64,000 nt of DNA from Auanema rhodensis (Eukaryota > Animalia > Nematoda), in the NCBI GenBank assembly GCA_964057225.1, contig OZ059894.1, positions 15,004,001 to 15,068,000 of the forward strand, in the 5' to 3' direction. Position numbers and translations under genes: made by a program. The notes under the pieces are model-generated. The model made no database searches, was not told the origin of the DNA, and saw nothing but the letters and a program-made list of their open reading frames with translations. The stretch's first letter is position 1, and every line of letters starts with the position of its first letter. Below are positions 51,868-64,000 of this stretch, piece after piece.

Positions 51868-54800
51868 TATGCTAATGAGATAATGAAAATAATTTTATAT
51901 GCATGTGCAACAATAATATTATTAAAATTTATTTATTTTATTTTAATAATTATATATTTATTAATTAAATATTATTATAAATATATATTTTATAATAATT
52001 AGAAATTATATTTTTTAAATTTATTTATGAATTGAACTTTTCATTTTGAATTTTGATCATAATCAATATTTTTTTAATTGTTAGCCCATTGAAATATTCT
52101 TCCTTTTAGTCCTCAAGAGCTAATTGTCTATAAGAATCAGAAATCGGATAATCGAGCGATTTCCACTTAAATTCACCTTTCTTAAGTACGAATGCCCCTT
52201 TCTTTATTTTGAATTTCTCATAATTGAACCAAATGTTCATTAATAAAGACAATCTGGGACGTTCTTCCAATGATGATTCATTTAAAGTTGAAGCCATATC
52301 CAATTGGCGGCAATTTTATCTGAACGAAAGAGAAACGAAGAAAAGACTATGAAGAGTATAAGAACTGATGAGGGTAGTAGTGAAAGATGTTGAATAAGAG
52401 GTAAAAGATGCATATGGAATTAAGAGAGTCTAGTGGATTTTGACGTCGGTCCTTGTTTGTAGGTAACGTCACAGATCTCCCGTTGGGTGGAAATTGTGTC
52501 ATTCCAAATATGCACCGTTGTATTTCAAGGTCTCCTTCTGTGGCCATCCGATAGTTCCATAGTTCTACATCTACTGTCCTATGTTGCCCTCTTCATGACA
52601 GATATGTCTTCTCTTCATCCTTATTACAGTCCACCGATCCGTAGAACTATTGCCTTCTATCTGCTACCTCTCATCTTCCTGCCCAATATCATATTCTCCC
52701 TTACCTCATTCCTCTCCCTTCGATTTCCCTCGCTATAACTATCTGTTTCTCCTCATCCCTATAGTAGTTTGTATCCTATCGACATATAGGTCTATCTGAA
52801 CATGCATCCTGATGGCGACCTTACAGCATTAAACAACGTCCGATCAGTACCACAGTTTCATCTGTATAGCGATGTTATTCCATCAAGTTCTGCTCTTTTA
52901 AATGATAGTTCTGATAGTTTCATTTTAGAGTTTCTCATATATTCTTTAATGATTTATTTTATCAACTGAAAGTCGGAATAGAAAATAAAAATTCGTAATC
53001 TTTCTTAAATTCATTTTCTCCGATACGATTTCAAGTTTTAGTTAATTACGTCGTAAGCTTTTGTATATATTTTCCACTTGAAGTTCGGTTTTCATTGTAT
53101 TTTTATAATTATTTTTGGTTAATTCTTAGTTGGTTGTATTCCGTTTTTAATAGTTTTTTTCTTTCTATAAATCTAACCGTAAAATTCCTTATATCTGTTG
53201 TCAATCTATTCTATTACCTAGTATGATGAATGTGACAGCTATTCATCGATATTACTTTGTCGTCATCATCATCATCATCGACAATTTCTTTTATTCCATC
53301 ATCTCGATTCACTTTCTTCATCATCTGAATGTTAACAACCGTGACTTGTATCCATATAAAGCAAGAGCATACTACTTGAAATACTCATGAAAGACCAGCA
53401 ATGATACAAGTGTGTCATGTACCATCATTTGCTCTCCCGCATCGTCATGATTCCATTTGTATTTTTATTTTTGCTCCGGACTGTTCAATTTGTTCTACAC
53501 ATTCTCATGGTCATGCATTTCATGAAGTAACAGTTCAGTTTGTAAAATTAGGAAGTTATTTCAAAACAAAGAAAACCATGATAGAAGACACAAAAGAGAT
53601 ATTCTGAGAGATATTAAGAGAAAGGAAGAGAATGAGAGAATAATAGCCTAAAGTGACTAAACCAACTCCTTTTGCTGTCTGTGAAAGCAATTGAGGTCGC
53701 AGTCAGGATGACTATTGTCATTACTGTCAGCCGTCGGTGAATGACGGCAGAAATACATATACAGAGTTCCATAAAGAGAAGGCTATTGAGCTCTAATCCA
53801 CCTCTGACGCCATTTGCCGTAATTTCTAAAACCAGCCGTTGAAAATTCCATGATCATCTGCATGTCTAGATAATCTATTTCATCTCCTATATTCCCCCAG
53901 TAAATTATAAATTCTTATGGCAATGCCGTACAAATAATATATTTTATAATATTATGAAATCAAGCTAGCTGATACCCCACATTTATATGAATGTCTTTAT
54001 ATTTATGGGACACAGTTACTGTCTCTCCAGTTTAATGTTATTTCAGTCTTCTAGTCTCTCAGTTTTCCAATATTCATTTCTACTTAACGATTTTTCGGAG
54101 TTTATATACCTATTGCTGAAGCATTTATTCATATGTTACTTTGTAAGCATAGTCTTTTCACATGATTGCTCATGACACAATGTTGTCAAGTGTATCCATA
54201 GTTACCCCCTGGGGTTCGTACACATTCGTTTGTGCTTTCATGCGCCCATAACCGTCAGCCGACCTCGGACCTTTGAATCGTTTCCTTCTGTCTCGTGTCT
54301 TCTAGCCATCTCTTGATTGCTCCTGCTCTATTTCCGGCTTTCTACCTCATCTAACTGTTGCCGTCAATTGTTCATCTGATTGCTTGGTATTTTGCCTAAT
54401 TACAGCCATATACCAGATTAGCTTTTCATAACATGTGGCTATTCCCTATTCTCTTTCTCTGTCTTTCTCTTTAGCATATTCTCCAATGTGGTCAACTTGT
54501 TGAGAAAGCTTTATGTAACTTTCATAATAACTCATTAAAATATTTTTATATTCTATTTAGTCTGTCAAACCAATTTAAAGGAAACTTTTGCAACATTGAA
54601 TCATCAATATTGAAAATTCTTGAATCATCGCGTACCTTTCCCTTTTTTTTTCAAAAATGAGGCCTCACTTTGCACTTTTTTCTATTAATATTTTAATTTA
54701 CTCAACTGTCCTACTTTTTCTTCGGTTTTCAAACCGATAAAAGATTTTTTCAATTGCTATATCCTTGTACAGTTAACCTAGAAATTTATATTTGAACCGC

Positions 54801-57515
54801 TCTATAGTACTGCCAACATATGCTATTTAGCCTTGATACCAGCCACTTTGTTTCTCTCTTCCTCTCATTTTCTTTCTCTCATCTTTCCTCTTCCTTTCGC
54901 CGTCTATCTCTCACAATTTATAATCGGTGGGACTTTCAGGAGAGGTGAATTCACCCTTTTCGACTTCTTCACAACAAACTAAAAAGCTGTTTCAAATTAT
55001 TTAGTTGGAAAGGTGTACACAGTCTCTTTCTCTCTTCCTCTCTCCTTCCGTTTCCCATGTAATTGCACTCATCTGTTGCTACTATGCCTTCAACTGCCTG
55101 TACCCATCTATATGTATACATACACATCCATATGTCGGATATAACCACTAATTCTGTCTTATTACATTTCTTAAGAGCATCCATATAAAATACAAAAAAG
55201 TACAAAAAAACGGCTTCAGAAACGAATCCCAAGGCCAACCTATTGGTCAGTTTTCTAAGTGTAGATTCAGATTTTCTTAGTGCACTCAGTCAAGCAGTAT
55301 GCCGAAATTTTCATTTCGTCTTCCGAAACTGGATCGATGGTAGATTCGAATTCATCGTTGTCTTCACTGCTGTTGACGTTAACGTTGTACGTTCATCCGT
55401 CTGTTTCAATGACACCTTTGTCCTTCGGACCATTCCTCCTTTCGCTTCCTATCCCTATTTCTCTTTGGTTATGCATGATTCATTTTGCTATTTCGTTGCT
55501 TTGCCTAACCTCCCCCTGCGGCGGCTACCAAATCGCTTACATTTGGCAGACGTCCAAATTTCCCATTTCGTCTACTACAGTCAGCCGACAACTAACAACA
55601 TGTTTTCTCTGAGTACTATTTGATGATTCATTTTTAAATGGTAATTTTATATGATGAATAATCGATAATATGCTATTTGATCAACAAGAAAAACTTTATT
55701 TGCGTTAGTTTAAGTTGAAAAAAAAGAAGAAAATTTCATGTTTTCTGATGAACGTACTTGCATGATATGATCAATTTTATTAATTTCATATCATTTCCTG
55801 TTAATCTTCATATTAGAATGTATTTCATGCACTTTAACTATCATATACTATGTAATGAGGTCAGCTGGCACTGATCGATGAACATATTCTTGCCCATTAT
55901 CGGATCTTCCTGATCAGTATCATACAACTGTCGGAGAATTTGATCGGTAAACCATAAAAGGATTAAACCTTTGGTGTGAAGATGTGGAAACGATTTCCTT
56001 TCTTTGGTTATTCAGGAGATATTTTCGAGATAAGCAGTTCTACAGTTTCGCTATATTCTCATCTCCTATGTAGAGCTCAAAACGATTAATAGATCAAAAC
56101 AAGATGTGGCTTGTTCTCAAGTTCATTAACAGCCTTGTTGTTGTATCATTTCATGTTTCCTTTCCTTTCTTAGACATTTTCTCGCATTATAATGATGATA
56201 CGTTTCCCTTTTTCTTGATTTTCTCTCAGCTTGTGTCTCGTTTAAGAGACTGGTTGAAACAACTTTATGACTGAAGATGGTTCATGTTGGCTTGACCTCT
56301 GATGATTTCGAGCTGCCAACAGAGTAGTATTTCAAGGTCTTTTCAAGCCATCTTTCAACCGTTTTCTCTCTTCAGCCTACGTTATTTGAAGGCCTTATCT
56401 TTCTAAATTCAAACAGCGTGTTGACGACAAATGGTCATTATCTATCCGATTTCGAGGACATCATCCCAATCGTCAATCCTTCCTCTTTTATTATAACTTT
56501 TTGTTCGTCTTAATGTCTTTTCCGCTTCGTTTACTATCCATTTTTTCTCTAACTTACAACTACTACTTTCTTCAATAACTGAAAACATACATTGTTGACT
56601 CTTGGCTTATCAGATTCGAGTTCTGAATGTTCGGAAATGAAAAGAAAAAAAAAAGATTTTCGCGATTGAATCTTAGTTGCGTGAATGTGTAATCGTACAT
56701 GGAAGTTTAATTTGTTAGAAAAACCAAATTATATTCCTAACAGGTTTATAAGCCATTACAACAGATTGTTAGAAATATCTCAGAATAGTTATATCATCGA
56801 TTAATTATTGTTTTACCACATTATAAATAATAATTATTCAAAATTAAATATATTATTATTAAATATATAATATATAATTGATTTAACTATATTTCTATAT
56901 ACATATATGCATGTTCATGTACTGTATTTTAGTTGTAATTTATAGTTAAATCAAGTATTCTTCTATCGTTATTTTCATCTACATATTATTAGTTAGTATA
57001 ATTATATAATATGTCTTAACATTTAGTATTTTCTCTATTTCTACAGTTTGTTCATGATTTTTTTTATAAGAAATCGATTATATTTCCGGTTCCTTTGTAA
57101 GTTCTTTAACTTACATGTGCATCCAGTATATTCCATAATTTTATTTATATTTTGCTTTAATTTTAATTATATTATTGATTTTATTTTCTCAATCATATGT
57201 TCATTTTCGAACATCTTTTAGCTGAATTGAGTAGTACATCTTTTATGATTATGTGTCTTCTCCCTTCATCTCTTCTGTAGAGTACCCTTTAGAAATACTA
57301 ATCATCATGCTTATTTTTTCTTTGAAACCAGTCTTTCATCTAATACTATTTTCTTGTATTTACTATTTTTATCACGATTTTAACTAACTAACTAATTATA
57401 AACATTTATTTTAATACTATTAACCTAAATAATAATAATTAAATTTTATCTTAATTGTCTTATTCAATTTCTTTAATTATTTTATATTATTTAACTTTAT
57501 ATTTTACAGTATTTC

Positions 57516-59529
57516 ATGGCGAGCACGATAGCCCAAAAAGGCTTGCTCGTATTATCCATAATCTTCATTGTTGGAGGCCTTTGCTTAACAATTGCTGGAG
57601 TATTCACACCTGCATGGCAAGTAGTAGATATTCGAGAATTCCGTGCTGAACATCAGGTATATTATTCATTTATTATGCTAATTATAATTAATATATATAT
57701 TCTAGCATGGTTTATGGTTTGATTGTATTAGAGCTGAAAAGCATGTTGTAGCTGTAGGAGATTTCTATGATGAGACACCGCTTCATTGCATGTACAAGGT
57801 ACGAAGAAATATCTTATTTTATGTTTAAATAAATGAATAAGCGGTTGTATATTCAGAAGAAAAATTAATTTTTTTTAAATTTCTTACTTTTTTCAGTTTG
57901 ATAATTCTGCTGAGCTTGTTATTCAAAATACTTTGAATAATATTGATGAAGATGGAGCTGCTGGAGAATCAGAGCATCATCGTTTCTGGGGTATTCTTTG
58001 TATATGTGCTATCTGTTTTATTCATATATTCTTTTTCAGCTTGGCATAAGGTTATTCTTTTCTTCATAATTTCTTCCCAAATGCTCGCATTTCTCTCCAT
58101 CTGTACCGGAGTTTGTGCTCCATGCTTCCCACCAACAGCCTTCGTGTTCACAGGATCTCTCTTCCTAGCTCGTAAGTTTAATGAATCAACATAGTATATT
58201 AGATGAAATTATGTTTTTTTTTTAGTTATGTGCTCAATTATTTCTGACGGAGTATTCTTCTTGTCTGCCAACAGAGTTGATAATCGTTTTGTCACTGGAA
58301 TGGTTGGAACCTATGAGGTAAGCTTTGTTTTCAGTTTGTAATATAATTAAGATTATATATTTATTAATTATAAGTTATAATTAAATATCTTGCAGCAACA
58401 TATTGGATATTCTTTCTATCTTCATGTAATGGGAACAATCTGTTGGGCAATCGCCTTCGTCTGTTGTTTAGCTACAACTTATAAGTTCATTACTGGAAAG
58501 CAAGACACACAAAGGTTGGTGATTGAATTTTCCAAAAAAGATAGATATCTTCGGACCTTTCCCCGACTTTGCTTTCCCTATTGTTTAGTTTAGGCAATAT
58601 GATAGATAGAAAATTAGTTTTTGCTTATTAAGCCAGTTAACGTCAAGTCTTTCACTTAGTATAGAAGCTTTATTGAATATATTTGTGAATTTAATATAGC
58701 ATAATATAGATAGAATAGTTATATATTCAAATTCTAGTGAAGTATATGATGATTGCTGTTTTAAAACTTGAAATATCTTCTTTGCTTCTCACTCTATCCC
58801 TTCGTTCACCTATCATAAACACTGTAGAGCATCAAGATTGAATCACACGTCAAAGTTCGACAAAGCTCTCAACCTTTTTTTCCACTCAATTCAACAAGCC
58901 TGTCCATTTTTTAGCAAGGAGAATCTGTTCACATGGCAAACGCAACGACAGAATGCAGCGCAATTAAACGTGTAAATTCATAAATTTTTTTACAATACAC
59001 TGCATTCTCATTCACATATAATGGGTTTTAACATTCCTTTTTATTCAAAAATATCAAATTCTTTTTCGTCTGAAACTCATTATCTTCATAATGCTAACGT
59101 GCGTTTTCTTCACATCTTTTGGTTACTGGGGGTTTGCATGAATTTTTTTTTTGAATTTTTGAACTTACTCAAGGCAAGAAATAACATGGAACGTCATCAG
59201 TTCTTAAACAAACCATTAACCTATGGAACTTATATTTAACCAACCTTTTATCATTTTTTTTCGTTTACACCTTTTTCGTTTTCCTTTGTGTTTGTGTTGG
59301 TGGCACTTGTGCAGCACTTGCAGGCAAACAACTCTCTGGTAGAACACACCTGATCCGTTGCAGTAATGAGTTAGCCTTCCGAAGTACTCTACGTGAGGAG
59401 CCTCTGTTGGAGAAGTATCCTTCTGCGTCCGCCAGCCATTTCAGCCAATTGCCTTCTGCCTACCGTGCTTCACCTCAGGCACAATTCCGAAGTCATCAAG
59501 TACCGAACTATCGTGAAACCAGTGCTTAA
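57516..59529 (+). CDS. Claudin-like (nematode Clc-like) four-TM protein
   Basis: TPAWQVVDIREFRAEHQHGLWFDC (W...GLW..C claudin signature), CMYKFD, four TM helices, GYSFYL, C-terminus YRETSA*. Confidence 0.9.
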
Positions 59530-60469
59530 TTCATATGTCTTTAATATATAGTATATGATGTATTTCATTTGTTTTGCTGAATAATAGAATATGATATTAC
59601 TGTATTCTGTATATCTTTCAATGAGAAAATGACATTTTCTATAATTTTTGGTAAACATGTCTTCCTGAAGCGATGATTCACATTTTTAGCTGAAATTATC
59701 CTCAATTTTCATTGTATAATATAGTTATTTTTTAAAATTTCTCATTTGTTTTTGTCATTTATGATTTTTTGAAATTAGAGAAACAAACCTCAGTTTTTTT
59801 CTCTTTTATTGTTCTCACATTAGATTTCTCAAAATTTATTTGTGTTGTATATGTATCTTCTACTGTTTCATTCGTCATTAAGCCAAACGTGGTTGTATGA
59901 TTATACATATAATTAATCTTCCAATGCTCGAATATATAGCGAATAAAGTTGTACTTTCATTTCAACAATAATGACGATAAATTTATTTTTTTATCCTTAA
60001 TGTTGATTATTCTAATTATAAAGATAAGATATAAAAAATATTATTTTAAAAAATATAATATTTCTTTGATATACAGTGTTTCTACCCTTTGCTTCTGCAG
60101 ATAGCGATGTTCGTAGGTCATAAGCATTTTTGGAGTATTTTAGAACAACTTCAATAAACTGAAATCGAATGAAATAAGTTGATTCTTTGGTATGAAATAC
60201 GAATAAACAAAACCAAAATAACAACAACACAATATCTCTATATTTACTGAATAAGGTTATAAGGTAGGTTTTAACTAAATAAATATTATTGGACACGAAT
60301 TAATGTTCAATATTTATTTTCTATTTGCAGGTATTAGTACAGAATCATTATAACACATCGTATAAGGTGAACTATTATTGTTATTGTAGCTTTTTTTCAT
60401 ATAAATATTCACATTATTCAGTGTCAGTATTCGAATTCTCTTCTATCACATTTCAAACAGTGTCCGACT

Positions 60470-61403
60470 ATGAAGCTACTGTTCGTCTTACAACTATCTT
60501 CTTATTTCATGTTGGGCTATTCTGCCAATTTAACAACCTGTGCAGGACCAATTACAGAAGTAAGAAGCTTAAGTTCTTCATAATTCAATTTCATAACTTA
60601 TATGATATTATACTCACTATACTATTCATTACAGAAAGAACGAATTGATACTCTAGCCTATCATAATGATCTTCGTTCTACTATAGCTTTGGGAAACTAC
60701 GTTGAAGGACAGAATCTAAGTATGCCAACTGGTGCCAATATAATCAAAATGGAATGGAGTTGCGAGTTAGAGCAAAGCGCTCAAACTGCAGCTGATCGTT
60801 GTGTATTCGAGCATGGGGATGATGTTGCATTTGGGGAAAATTTGTTTATGGCTAATTCTGATCGTCCCATTAACCGAGAAGAAATTGTAAGTTTATCTTT
60901 TGATCTCTAATTTTACATTTTCTGAACTTCAGATGTTAAATGCTGCTCGCGTTTGGGAAAATGAGTTTATAAAGTATGGTTGGAGTAGTCTAACTCTTAC
61001 GCATGAGTTGTTCATGACTGGTATTGGACATGCAACCCAGGTTGATACTTTTCAACAATCTAAGATCATTTAACAAAAAATTATTATTTTTCTTATTTTA
61101 AAACATAATCTTATCTACATTCAAGTATTATACATTATACTATAGATGGCTTGGGCAAATACGCGGTATCTTGGATGTGGTTCAGCTGTTTGTAACGATG
61201 GATTGGCTGTTCATATTGTTTGCCATTATTCTCCGAGGTGAACAAACATCTGCTTGTACTTTATAATCTAATCGTATTTTTTAAGAGGCAATATCGTCAA
61301 TCAGAATATATACGAATATGGTGAAACATGTAGCGATTGTCCAATGTACAGTACTTGTGAGAGCACTACAGGATTATGTAGTTTTCCTCCATCTGAACAA
61401 TGA
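60470..61403 (+). CDS. Single-domain CAP/SCP/TAPS (venom allergen-like) secreted protein
   Basis: Signal peptide; HNDLRS, MEWSCELE..AQ, CVFEH, GENL, GHATQMAWANT..LGCG, VCHYSPRGN, IYEYGETC..C....C....GLC. Confidence 0.95.
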
Positions 61404-61835
61404 GAGGACATGAACTCGATAATGTTATTACTGTATCAGCCTTCCAGAATGGTATTACTGCATCACCTTAGCAGCATATGATTACTGTAATAACATTTTC
61501 AGCCAGATTTATTAATTGTTCAACTGTTATTCTTTTTTTTTTTTTGAAATAAAAAAATGATTCGAAGATTTGAAGATTTGAGTTTATACAACATATGTAT
61601 ATTTGGGTATGTGGAGCATAAATAATATCATGATCTTTGAAAGAGATGAGAAAATTCTTTTGATTGCTTCAATTGATTCAGATTTTAAACATTGATGGTT
61701 TTTTTAAATGTTAAAATGGCGAAGTCTCGACAAGAATGTTTTCTTACATTGTTCGATCAATGCGAACTAATGAACAAAGTCTCAGTGTTTCAAGTGAACA
61801 CAAATAAAAATATCTTACGTTTCTTTGGAATTGCA

Positions 61836-61908
61836 GCCCGGTTAGCTCAGTCGGTAGAGCACCAGACTCTTAATCTGGCTGTCGCGGGTTCGAGCCCCGC
61901 ATCGGGCT
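61836..61908 (+). tRNA. tRNA-Lys, anticodon CTT
   Basis: GCCCGGTTAGCTCAGTCGGTAGAGCACCAGACTCTTAATCTGGCTGTCGCGGGTTCGAGCCCCGCATCGGGCT: full cloverleaf, A and B boxes, T5 Pol III terminator at 61914. Confidence 0.97.
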
Positions 61909-62093
61909 TCAACTTTTTGCTATTTAATCAAAATAGTTTTAACACAGTATTGTTCGAATATTTTATTAAGAATGGTACGATGATTATTAATTTAATATAA
62001 TGAGTAAGTTAATAAAGGAAAAAAGTAAAGAAAAGAAAAAGATTATTTTTCGTTATTTGTACAAGATTAGTTACACAAATTTAATAAAAATCA

Positions 62094-62733
62094 CTATTTA
62101 CGTTGAGCAGAAGTATTCTGGAATACAAAAGTAAATTAAACTTTGGAAAAAAAATTAAAAACTTACTTTTAACTGATAATCACATAGTTTTGATCTCTTA
62201 TAAGAGTGGTCACGGTCGTTCGGTTTGTTAAATGAAGAAGATTTTTGTACGGAGGCTGTTCTCTCCAATTGTATTTTCACTTTTTGATTCTTGGAAGAAG
62301 ATGAGCTCGAAGGCATCGTTATCCATCTTTTGGAAGAAATAGAGATTTTTTCAGCATAACTGATATTACAGTTTCTTGAGTTCTTTGAAGATGATCCATG
62401 TTTGAATTTATAATTCGGAGGATTGGAGATAGAATGACCCATTTGTGAAACGAATGTTTTTGATGAGTGAAGCTGAAGCTCGTTTCCAACGTTTTTAGAG
62501 ATAATTTTAATGGAACTCTCATTTCTCATGAGACCAACAGGTGCAATTGAGGTTAAAGGGCTATGTGTATAGATAGAAAGCCGATTCTTTACTGGATCCG
62601 ATGCGCTCTTCAAGGGGCTATCCGCATGTACAGACATAGTGGAGGTAACGTCGACCTTCCTGAAGCGGTCATGACTGCTGTACGAAAATCGAGAAGATCT
62701 GCTTGAGCTTGAATATTGACTGCATCTATGCAT
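62094..62733 (-). CDS. Ser/Lys-rich basic low-complexity orphan protein (~195 aa)
   Basis: A 190-codon open exon, exceptional in this AT-rich genome; strong donor AAA|gtaagt and short last exon NTSAQRK*; ttccgg/TATA-like ctataa upstream. Confidence 0.65.
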
Positions 62734-63110
62734 AATGGATCGCCGTTCCGGAATATGTTAGGAATATATGTCGAAGTCAGTTAATTAAAGAAAGGGGAGG
62801 AGCTTATAGTTATAGATTTACAGTGAAGTTTACAATCGTTTACAACCTTTGAATTTATGAAATAAGCATAGTTTGTAAACAAATCTAATGAACAATGGTA
62901 TAAGGTATTTTTAATATTACGAAATATAAATTTAACTATACACATATAATTAATATATTACATTAAATATTATTTTTGTTCTAATATATCTATTTATATT
63001 TACAAGAAAGGGCACGTACCTCATGTCGGAAAACTAGACAGCATACGTGAAAGTAAACGGAAAAGACAAATTAATTGTGTTAGAAAAGACAATTCTTGGC
63101 TTGTTGTTTA

Positions 63111-64000
63111 TTATGATATACATACATATAAATCATTATAATCAGGCGGAGGATAATCTGGAATCATATTCTGCATTGGCTGAGTGATAAGTTTCTGAAA
63201 GTTATTGATAAAAAATTATAAGAATAGCAATACGAATAATTACCGAATACGCTGGTGGCCGATCAGCATTACGATTGGTCAGAGCTCGCTCAGGGAAGTT
63301 ATTTGGATTATTATTGTTATGATGTTGTCGCAAATTCTTCAAAAACAAAATAACAATTAAGATGTGGAAGTTATAATAGCTATTACCTGTTCTGATCTCA
63401 ATAATGGTATACAACAATAAACGGTGATTGATACAACTTCATAAAAAATAATATAAAGACTTAGATGAAGAAGATTTAAAAATTGAATAATTGGAGAATC
63501 AGATCTAATAATCGTTGAATCAAACACTGTAATAAAAAAATAAATTGAAAAAGGTAATAAATTGAATAAAACAACGTGATAATGCTGGCTTCATCCCTTG
63601 ATATTGCTTTGAGAATGTCAACTTTGCACAAATATAACAAAACAGAAAGAGAAAATAGAAGAAACGAAAAAGCTTAAATATATATTCAATAATATAACTA
63701 ATATAGTTAATTTAAAATAATAAATTGAATATAATTTTTACCGAATCAATAAAGATTGGATAAAGACAACCAGGCATTTTGCATGCAATTGCAAATGTAC
63801 CAGCTGATACTGCAATAATTCCAGTAATAAGTTGAATAATTCTCACTTTTTCTGAAAAAAAAAATCAGTATATATTATGACGAGATGAATAAAACCATTC
63901 AAATCTTTACTTATCAAACTATATAAGCAAACAATCCAATAAACTAACAAATAACATCGAAGAACACTCTAAAATTAATGAAATAAGTACAAATTTTGAG
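63111..64000 (-). CDS. 3' part of a multi-pass membrane protein with C-terminal PPxY motifs (continues beyond window)
   Basis: Hydrophobic exons (IIQLITGIIAVSAGTFAIAC; CFIQFITFFNLFFITVF; LLHLSLYIIFYEVVSITVYCC), then DRPPAYS and DYPPPDY. The exact stop is uncertain; further small exons are possible. Confidence 0.65.

Noticed and set aside
52106-52303. 65-aa ORF MDMASTLNESSLEERPRL... upstream of the TRPC gene
   Set aside because: Ends in a stop in all local splice options I tried and could not be joined in frame to the channel; left unassigned.
52330-53330. Purine-rich minus-strand region resembling an acidic/charged exon
   Set aside because: Stops in all frames after each candidate acceptor; treated as non-coding.
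55243-55623. Overlapping 126-aa and 110-aa ORFs
   Set aside because: CT-rich low-stop-density sequence, TTG/GTG starts, no homology or splice support.
56001-56020. TCTTTGGTTAT resembling the miR-9/miR-79 5' arm (also near 55463)
   Set aside because: No complementary ATAAAGCT arm or hairpin.
61692-62000. 102-aa ORF spanning the tRNA
   Set aside because: Chance frame running through tRNA-Lys.

Overview
Eukaryotic genomic DNA: very AT-rich (roughly 30% GC by eye), gene-dense, with many short (about 45-60 nt) GT-AG introns. Several proteins closely resemble C. elegans proteins (STI-1, GANA-1, AQP-4, AQP-6, NatB catalytic subunit), so the source is almost certainly a rhabditid nematode. It is not C. 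elegans itself; a compact AT-rich genome such as Auanema is only a guess. By splicing exons by hand I reconstruct about 26 protein-coding genes and one tRNA-Lys(CTT). These include a tandem galectin, sti-1 with an upstream heat-shock element, an uncharacterised protein with two internal repeats resembling the CG-1 DNA-binding domain, gana-1, a mitochondrial carrier, a PLB1-like lipase, an ABHD12-like hydrolase, a Pro/Ala/Gly-rich secreted protein, a probable five-gene operon (microprotein, NAA20, two DMAC1-like paralogues, gluconokinase) divergent from RRP15, C11orf54/DUF1907, a DEG/ENaC channel with a ~385-aa insertion, a tail-to-tail aquaporin pair, a divergent TRPC channel, a claudin-like gene and a CAP/SCP gene. 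There are no prokaryotic systems, CRISPR arrays or intact transposons. The most notable observations are the double CG-1-like protein, the frequent use of AAG 3' splice sites, the hidden DMAC1-like paralogue revealed by a shared intron, the DEG/ENaC insertion and a strong hairpin upstream of the operon. Gene coordinates span start to stop codon including introns. Homology calls are from memory, not from database searches.
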